28,179 bases of DNA from a virus: UHGV virus genome UHGV-0383551; one strand, 5' to 3'. Positions 1 to 5,208 of the stretch are shown one piece after another. Numbering within the stretch: position 1 is the stretch's first letter; each line of letters starts with the position of its first letter. The notes under the pieces are model-generated. The model was given only the letters and a program-made list of their open reading frames with translations. It made no database searches and was not told the origin of the DNA. The translations under genes were made by a program, and so were the position numbers.

Positions 1-2085
1 ATTTATATCTTTGTTATATCCACTAACATTAATCCATCTTTTACCATCAATGTGATACCCGTAAATATTTCCGTCTGATTGTTCGTCAGGTGACTCTCTA
101 AGAACAATAGCATCTGCTCCAGACGACCATTGTATTTTTGTATCTGTAGGCCTCCAGTTCTTTATAATGAACGAACCATCAGTAAACTCCGTTTTTATTT
201 GTCTATTGTCTACAAATGCGTCTCTTGGTTTAAACTCACTTGTGTTAACGCTGCTCTGAAGATCAGAAGCAAAAAATCTAAGATTTCCTGTATAACCCTG
301 AGTCTCGGTCTGGTTATACGCAATCATAATTCCATTTTCAAACTCAGATGATGTTATTTTAACATCACGGCAATCACCAAAAATGCAATTTCCTTTATCA
401 AATGTTGTTTGAGCTTTGAATTTATCAAACCTTAAATTACGAACAGGGAAACCATCAACCTCTAATGCAAAGGATGCAGGAAGGCCAAAGTATTCTGATG
501 GCTTACCTGATGTATGATCAAGAGTAGTGGCTACTGTATTCTCAAAAACAGTCCCGCTAAAATTATTACCAATTGACGGAAACCTGATTACACTTATTGT
601 ACCTTGTATTTCAGGAGAAATACCAGATAGTGTGATGTTAGCTCCATCAAATGATGCATCTGAATACGTATATACTGATTCACTGCCAGCAATTTTAAAC
701 TGTTTAACTGAAGTTATTCTCATCGACTTTTTATGTTTAAATGTCACTGAGCTTTCAGTATTACTTACAAGATCAATCTGAGGGCTATTCCTTATCGCGA
801 TCCCTGACTGGACATAAACGTTATTAAAGTGCGTTTTTTCAGGATTTCCCTTCATTGAAAGGCTCCCGTCATTTTCTGTCAGTAGTAGTCCTTTTACCCT
901 CCAATAGCCGACAATCTGTACGTTATCAATAACTGAATCACAGCTATCGTATACATGCAACCCTATATCCCAGTCATCACCCAATGAATAAGAATCAGGG
1001 TTATTGTATCCTTCAATACCATTTTTACTTACCATTATTCTCAGGTTGCGTAACTGTGATGCCCTGTTGATACTAACAGCTACGCTCATGGCTTTTGGTG
1101 TAGCAGGAGTAACACCTACAGAATCTTCATTTGTAAACTCAGTGAACTTACAAGATATCCCTTCAACAATTTTAACTGGTCTTTCATTAGAGATGTTAAA
1201 AAAATATTTGTTTTTTTCTCCATCACCAGTAAATACAAGATGGGTTCCTTTACTCCAACTTTTTAATAATCTTTCAGGCGCTGGTCTATATGTATCCCAA
1301 TAATCAATGCCATCACCAATTAAAGACACTCCAGGAGGCACATCTATGTTCTTAGAAATCATCCATTTACCTGCAGGTATTCTAACGACACTTGCACCAG
1401 AATTTATCGCATTAATTAACCATTCAGACGCATCAACTTCAAAATTTAATGCAGCATATCTTTGCTCAAACGGAACAAAATCAAGAGCGTTAACGTTATC
1501 CCGCATCTTATCCTGGAACGTTCGGTATACTGCTCCAGAACCATACTGAATAAACCAACCAAAACCACCAACAACTCCGGCGATTGCAGCATCAACATAA
1601 TTGCGCATTGATCGATTATTTACAGCATCCTGCTCAAGTGATGGATCTGCAAGGTTAGAAATTTTGTTTTGCTTTGCATCGTAATATTTTGCAAGCAAAG
1701 ATGGTTTCATCAATGCACGTCTGAACCATCCAAAACATTGCTGGATCAGCATCGTCAGATAGTCAAAGGCATCTTCATGCACCTCGGGGAAAAATTTTCC
1801 CTGATTACGAAGATCAGTCTCCTGCACCACATCAAGCACACGATCTATCGTAATTCGCCATCCAGCAGCAAGCGGCGACGGAAGAACAACAGAACCGCCA
1901 CTATAAGTGCCCGCCCCTGTTACCGTATAACCGGTATCCAGAACCAATTCTGTTACGTTCCCGTTCAGGTCAGACACCTGAACAACCAGGTCGGATTTTT
2001 TGAAAATACGGAAGGTATACGGAAATGATGTCGTAGCTCCGTTACCTGTGTATTCGTTGTGGTCAACTTCGGTTGAGACCGTCAT
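1..2085 (-). CDS. Tailspike / receptor-binding tail protein, partial (start codon at 2085; ORF still open at window position 1, about 695 codons inside the window)
   Basis: Hand translation from ATG 2085 (GGAG about 8 nt upstream) gives MTVSTEVDHNEYTGNGATTSFPYTFRIFKKSDLVVQV..., which I recall as the conserved N-terminal particle-binding domain of epsilon15/phiV10-type tailspikes. The frame check at the window edge (codons ending ...GYHIDGKRWINVSGYNKDIN) is consistent with one uninterrupted frame. The distal part is AT-rich and Asn/Ser/Gly-rich, typical of beta-helix receptor-binding domains. The ORF track lists no minus-strand ORF here because the gene runs off the window. Confidence 0.65.
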   Translation of the reverse strand, partial: MTVSTEVDHNEYTGNGATTSFPYTFRIFKKSDLVVQVSDLNGNVTELVLDTGYTVTGAGTYSGGSVVLPSPLAAGWRITIDRVLDVVQETDLRNQGKFFPEVHEDAFDYLTMLIQQCFGWFRRALMKPSLLAKYYDAKQNKISNLADPSLEQDAVNNRSMRNYVDAAIAGVVGGFGWFIQYGSGAVYRTFQDKMRDNVNALDFVPFEQRYAALNFEVDASEWLINAINSGASVVRIPAGKWMISKNIDVPPGVSLIGDGIDYWDTYRPAPERLLKSWSKGTHLVFTGDGEKNKYFFNISNERPVKIVEGISCKFTEFTNEDSVGVTPATPKAMSVAVSINRASQLRNLRIMVSKNGIEGYNNPDSYSLGDDWDIGLHVYDSCDSVIDNVQIVGYWRVKGLLLTENDGSLSMKGNPEKTHFNNVYVQSGIAIRNSPQIDLVSNTESSVTFKHKKSMRITSVKQFKIAGSESVYTYSDASFDGANITLSGISPEIQGTISVIRFPSIGNNFSGTVFENTVATTLDHTSGKPSEYFGLPASFALEVDGFPVRNLRFDKFKAQTTFDKGNCIFGDCRDVKITSSEFENGIMIAYNQTETQGYTGNLRFFASDLQSSVNTSEFKPRDAFVDNRQIKTEFTDGSFIIKNWRPTDTKIQWSSGADAIVLRESPDEQSDGNIYGYHIDGKRWINVSGYNKDIN

Positions 2086-2188
2086 GTTAAATCTCCAGAT
2101 AGTCGCAGCACCCGTTGCGCCGCATATCTGGTTATTCTATTACCTGAAAAACCACATATGGATAGAAAGACTGTAAATACGAATAGAT

Positions 2189-2205
2189 ATTACCTTTCGG
2201 GTAAT
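2189..2205. promoter_or_regulatory. Inverted-repeat operator-like motif ATTACC-TTTCG-GGTAAT (copy 1 of 4)
   Basis: Read directly from the sequence. Sits in the divergent intergenic region between the tailspike start (2085, minus) and the small plus-strand gene (2281). Confidence 0.6.
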
Positions 2206-2243
2206 TTGCAAAACGTGCTGGATAGCAAACAAATTATTTGATA

Positions 2244-2259
2244 CTGTATAAATATACAG
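2244..2259 (+). promoter_or_regulatory. LexA (SOS) box CTGTATAAATATACAG
   Basis: Matches the CTGT-N8-ACAG consensus with an AT-rich spacer in 15 of 16 positions (with flanks: TACTGTATAAATATACAGTT). Lies 22-37 bp upstream of the ATG at 2281 and overlaps the likely promoter core. Confidence 0.75.
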
Positions 2260-2280
2260 TTATTACATGGAGAAGATAAG

Positions 2281-2538
2281 ATGCAGCAGTATCACTATCC
2301 ACTGGAAGACGGATTTACCGAAAGGATTCACACGCCGGGAGGCGTCAGGTCACTGGTGGAGGGATCGCACTTGATGAAATTACTCCGGGATCTCGATAAG
2401 GATGGATTTAATGTCGATGGCCCACTTGCCGAACTGACTGCACTGATTAACTACGTCACCAGCTCACAGATGTCTATGCAGGATCTACAAACACATCTCG
2501 ACTATTGTGCCGAACAATTACGAAAACAAACCAGATAA
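2281..2538 (+). CDS. Small (85 aa) LexA-controlled protein, paralogous to the C-terminal domain of the downstream Bro-N antirepressor; candidate SOS-inducible antirepressor (Tum/Gifsy-antirepressor-like logic)
   Basis: ORF with GGAG 8 nt upstream of the ATG and a LexA box immediately upstream. Residues GVRSLVEGSHLMKLLRDLDKDGFNVDGPLAELTALINYVTS...DLQTH align by eye with SGVLGLTENSLLMNLLNQLQEDGHDVSGAAAELTTMFCYIVG...DIQTH at the C-terminus of the 2851-3537 protein. Confidence 0.6.
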   Translation: MQQYHYPLEDGFTERIHTPGGVRSLVEGSHLMKLLRDLDKDGFNVDGPLAELTALINYVTSSQMSMQDLQTHLDYCAEQLRKQTR

Positions 2539-2568
2539 GGTTTGCAATTACCAAATGGAGTGCTTATA

Positions 2569-2585
2569 TTTACCTTTGCGGTAAA
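2569..2585. promoter_or_regulatory. Inverted-repeat motif TTTACC-TTTGC-GGTAAA (copy 2 of 4), nested inside a longer inverted repeat GGAGTGC...GCACTCC (2558-2600)
   Basis: Read directly from the sequence; lies between the small SOS gene and the antirepressor gene. Confidence 0.55.
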
Positions 2586-2677
2586 TTTACATCGCACTCC
2601 TCTTGTGCCATAGTAATCGGGCACTGGCAAAATCCAGTGCCGGGATTGGCGTCCCGAGTTACTACAGAGGCACATAT

Positions 2678-2697
2678 GCCGCATAAGCGGTTTTTTT
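2678..2697 (+). terminator. Weak intrinsic terminator or attenuator: short GC stem (CCGC-ATAA-GCGG) followed by seven T
   Basis: Hairpin plus T-tract seen in the sequence. The stem is only 4-5 bp, so termination efficiency is uncertain. Confidence 0.35.
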
Positions 2698-2850
2698 ATG
2701 TGTAAAGCGCACCTATTCTATGGTGGGCTGTGTGGGGGCACCGAAAGGTGCGCCGGGTCCTTTGTAGCCGGTTACGCCAACCCTGCACAGTTCACCACCA
2801 ACCGATTGGCGTCGGTAGTGGTGATTAACCTAACTACAAAGGTGATCGCT

Positions 2851-3537
2851 ATGACTGCTAACGTAACCCCATCTGTTTTTCATTTTGAATCAGAAGCAAC
2901 CATTCGAGCCATTGTTATTGATGGAAATCCTTGGTTTGTTGCCAAAGACGTTATTAAAGCTCTTCAACTGACAAACCCCACTATGTCAATAAAATCTCTT
3001 GATGATGATGAAAGGGCTAAATTTAACTTAGGCCGTCAAGGCGAAACCAATATTATCAACGAGTCAGGCCTCTACACACTGTTCCTCCGCTGCCGCGATG
3101 CGGTGACACCAGGCACTACCCCCTACCGCTTTCGTAAATGGGTTACAGGTGAGGTTCTTCCTCAGATCCGCCGCACCGGAAGCTACATTAAAAACTCGCT
3201 CCCGCAGGAAGAACGCATAAAGATGGTTGCCGACCAGGTAGCCAACGCCACGGCGTCAGCAGTAATGCAGGCGATGAAGATAGAGAACAAAACCTACAGC
3301 GCCCCGCTGAAGCCCGGCTACCGCAGTTTGATTCACTCGCCGTCTGGTGTTCTCGGCCTGACGGAGAACTCACTGCTGATGAATCTGCTGAACCAGTTAC
3401 AGGAAGACGGGCACGACGTATCGGGCGCGGCGGCGGAACTGACCACCATGTTCTGCTACATCGTCGGTGTGAGTAAATGCCTGCGTGATATCCAGACCCA
3501 CGCGGAATACATCAACGACAAGGCAGGGGTCTTCTGA
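2851..3537 (+). CDS. Phage antirepressor with N-terminal Bro-N domain (228 aa from ATG 2851; the track ORF begins further upstream at 2698)
   Basis: The internal ATG at 2851 has AAGGTG 8 nt upstream. The N-terminus SVFHFESEATIRAIVIDGNPWFVAKDVIKALQL...GLYTLFLRCRDAVTPGTTPYRFRKWVTGEVLPQIRRTGSY matches my memory of the Bro-N/AntA domain pattern. The C-terminal domain is paralogous to the 2281-2538 product. Confidence 0.75.
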   Translation: MTANVTPSVFHFESEATIRAIVIDGNPWFVAKDVIKALQLTNPTMSIKSLDDDERAKFNLGRQGETNIINESGLYTLFLRCRDAVTPGTTPYRFRKWVTGEVLPQIRRTGSYIKNSLPQEERIKMVADQVANATASAVMQAMKIENKTYSAPLKPGYRSLIHSPSGVLGLTENSLLMNLLNQLQEDGHDVSGAAAELTTMFCYIVGVSKCLRDIQTHAEYINDKAGVF

Positions 3538-3602
3538 CAGAACGGCGGCACAGGGATGTGCCTTTAAATAATTCTGTACAGATTGCAGGTGAATAGCGTA
3601 CT

Positions 3603-3618
3603 ATTACCCCAAAGGTAA
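3603..3618. promoter_or_regulatory. Inverted-repeat motif ATTACC-CCAAA-GGTAA (copy 3 of 4), about 120 bp upstream of the two-gene cassette
   Basis: Read directly from the sequence. Confidence 0.55.
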
Positions 3619-3735
3619 GAAAGTTGATTTGTAACATTTTAGTTTGTAGTTACCGTGATGGTTTTGCTGCAGAAAGTTAACTAGTCAAAATCACACCGTA
3701 TGTAAGTCACGTCTGTTCCCGTATGGGAGGATGAT

Positions 3736-3954
3736 ATGTTTAAATTTGATATGCAACTCAACCAAAACTATGCCTCTTTTTACCATCCAGAAACTGGTAA
3801 AGCTGTTTTCGTTGACTCTTTCGATAATGAAGAATTTGATATCAGAATTGGGACCCTACGCCAAAGTAAGCATGTTGCTACTGTACGTGCATCCAATGAT
3901 GATGAATTAAATCAAAAAATAAGTGAGGCGACCTCCCGTTATCTATGTCTATAA
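3736..3954 (+). CDS. Hypothetical protein, 72 aa; first gene of an AT-rich two-gene accessory cassette
   Basis: ORF with a strong Shine-Dalgarno (GGGAGG 7 nt upstream). Overlaps the next gene by 10 nt. I recognise no domain. Confidence 0.55.
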   Translation: MFKFDMQLNQNYASFYHPETGKAVFVDSFDNEEFDIRIGTLRQSKHVATVRASNDDELNQKISEATSRYLCL

Positions 3955-4322
3955 CAGAACAACAACTCATTGATCTTGAGGATGAGATTAACGAGATCTT
4001 GCAAGAAGATGCGGCAAGAATTCACTTTTCATTTCACGCAGCATATGAACGCCTGAACGACGAGAGGAACAAACCGCCAATTACTCTTGCTGAGCTTGAA
4101 GATGTGTTTAAATCGTTTATATCTGCACATCTGCAGACTGTTTTGGATTTTGCTGAAGGTACAACTTTCACCATAAAGTGCAACAAAAGCGCCCTTCATT
4201 TTCCTTGCGCCATTGTACACGAAAGAGAGTTTGGGAAAACGTGGGTTATCCAAAACGTCATTACAGCCATGAGGAAAGTGGGATTCAAGTCTAAAGATTC
4301 TATTATCCTCGAAGTTAATTAA
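3945..4322 (+). CDS. Hypothetical protein, 125 aa, with an acidic N-terminal segment; second gene of the cassette
   Basis: The ATG at 3945 overlaps the stop of the upstream gene, suggesting translational coupling. An intrinsic terminator follows directly. I recognise no domain. Confidence 0.55.
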   Translation: MSITEQQLIDLEDEINEILQEDAARIHFSFHAAYERLNDERNKPPITLAELEDVFKSFISAHLQTVLDFAEGTTFTIKCNKSALHFPCAIVHEREFGKTWVIQNVITAMRKVGFKSKDSIILEVN

Positions 4323-4343
4323 GCCCGCACTGAGGGCTTTTTT
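4322..4343 (+). terminator. Intrinsic terminator (AGCCC-GCACTGA-GGGCT followed by TTTTT)
   Basis: Hairpin plus T-tract immediately after the stop codon at 4320-4322. Confidence 0.65.
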
Positions 4344-4415
4344 ATGGACGAAACAAAAGTCAGTGCTACACTCATTGACGCCACATTGAGGTGGCTTATA
4401 GATGGAAATTTCACA

Positions 4416-4577
4416 ATGAAAAAAGCATTTGCTGCACTGTTCGTTTTGTTGTCTCTGGTAGCTTCAACTCAGGCCTTTGCCGGTCGTTGTCAGCACGACA
4501 GCGACACTGCTGCTGACGGCTCCCGCTGCGGTGGGCGTTCTGCGGATTCCCGCCCGGGTGGCGGTGGCATTCGTTAA
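4416..4577 (+). CDS. Possible small secreted peptide (53 aa precursor) with a signal-peptide-like N-terminus MKKAFAALFVLLSLVASTQAFA and a Gly/Arg/Cys-containing mature part
   Basis: Internal ATG of track ORF 4344-4577. Very typical signal peptide with an AxA cleavage motif, but the RBS is weak and the ORF overlaps other open frames in a GC-rich stretch. Confidence 0.3.
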   Translation: MKKAFAALFVLLSLVASTQAFAGRCQHDSDTAADGSRCGGRSADSRPGGGGIR

Positions 4578-4599
4578 AAACAAGGCCGCGAAAGCGGCC
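4573..4599 (-). terminator. Intrinsic terminator ending the minus-strand virion operon (GGCCGC-GAAA-GCGGCC, T-tract on the minus strand)
   Basis: Perfect 6-bp GC stem with a GAAA loop. The plus-strand A-run at 4576-4580 gives the U-tract for the minus-strand transcript. Sits just downstream of the lipoprotein stop at 4609. Confidence 0.7.
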
Positions 4600-4600
4600 T

Positions 4601-4612
4601 GTGACATGTCAC
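4601..4612. repeat. 12-bp perfect palindrome GTGACATGTCAC (copy 1 of 3)
   Basis: Read directly. Its TCA triplet supplies the TGA stop of the minus-strand lipoprotein gene. Confidence 0.6.
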
Positions 4613-4989
4613 GCAACGCAATTATTACCGCGCCATGTAACATTTTTAATAATCTTATCAGCACCAAACTCAACGTAAACAGAGCAACTGAAATGGAGTG
4701 TATAACCGCCATCAGTTGTTGCGTATGTGTTTGAATATATAGTATTACCAATTAGATTAGACGTAGTATTATACGTTGTGGTTTGTGGTACGTTATAACT
4801 ACCAGAGCTTGAGTAAACATACACTCTGTTTCCATCTGGAGATGTAAGCTCTCCCTGAGGATACCCCCACTGCTGAACCATTGCGTCTATACTCTGCCCG
4901 CGCCACGTAAGCATATTTCTTTCAAACTGTGCAGCTGACTGGCATCCAACGAGAAGCATAAATCCAAAAATCAAAAATACTTTTCTCAT
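4609..4989 (-). CDS. Predicted lipoprotein (126 aa from ATG 4989), signal peptide MRKVFLIFGFMLLVGC with lipobox LVGC
   Basis: The internal ATG has AGGGG about 6 nt upstream; the track ORF starts at GTG 5025. Classic lipoprotein signal and lipobox cysteine. Last gene of the minus-strand late operon. Confidence 0.6.
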   Translation of the reverse strand: MRKVFLIFGFMLLVGCQSAAQFERNMLTWRGQSIDAMVQQWGYPQGELTSPDGNRVYVYSSSGSYNVPQTTTYNTTSNLIGNTIYSNTYATTDGGYTLHFSCSVYVEFGADKIIKNVTWRGNNCVA

Positions 4990-5074
4990 AATTACCCCTA
5001 TCATGGAAAAACAGCACCAATCCACAAATTAACTAGTTATTTTATTATTCTTCCGAACAATACAATTCCGAATA

Positions 5075-5197
5075 CTACAAAGCCGAACCATGCCGCTGCA
5101 CGCAACAGAGATTCCAATTGAAACCCATTTTTATCAAAATGTATGAATAGCATAAAAACGCTGCACATATTAGTACAATAAAAGTTATTTGAACCAT
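5075..5197 (-). CDS. Small hydrophobic membrane peptide, about 40 aa (MVQITFIVLICAAFLCYSYILIKMGFNWNLCCVQRHGSAL); frame assignment ambiguous
   Basis: Not in the ORF track because it is under 60 aa. AAGGAG sits immediately after the stop of the 824-aa gene and 5 nt before the ATG at 5197. The alternative track ORF 5037-5225 in another frame also encodes a hydrophobic segment but has no RBS. Confidence 0.35.
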   Translation of the reverse strand: MVQITFIVLICAAFLCYSYILIKMGFNWNLCCVQRHGSAL

Positions 5198-5208
5198 CAT
5201 ATCTCCTT

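Noticed and set aside
2189-2205. ATTACC-N5-GGTAAT as a NarL 7-2-7 site or CpxR site, and GTGACATGTCAC as a CRP site
   Set aside because: Half-site spacing and orientation do not fit. NarL heptamer pairs span 16 bp with TAC and GTA at the ends, CpxR uses direct GTAAA repeats, and CRP half-sites TGTGA/TCACA are separated by 6 bp, not 4.
3576-3591. CTGTACAGATTGCAGG upstream of the two-gene cassette as a possible second LexA box
   Set aside because: It has the CTGT half but the 3-prime half reads CAGG rather than ACAG, and the spacer is not AT-rich, so it does not fit the CTGT-N8-ACAG consensus.
3646-3655. 10-bp match TAGTTACCGT shared between the cassette upstream region and the terminase leader (24428-24437)
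   Set aside because: Hundreds of 10-mer repeats are expected by chance in 28 kb on two strands, so this alone is not evidence of a shared element.
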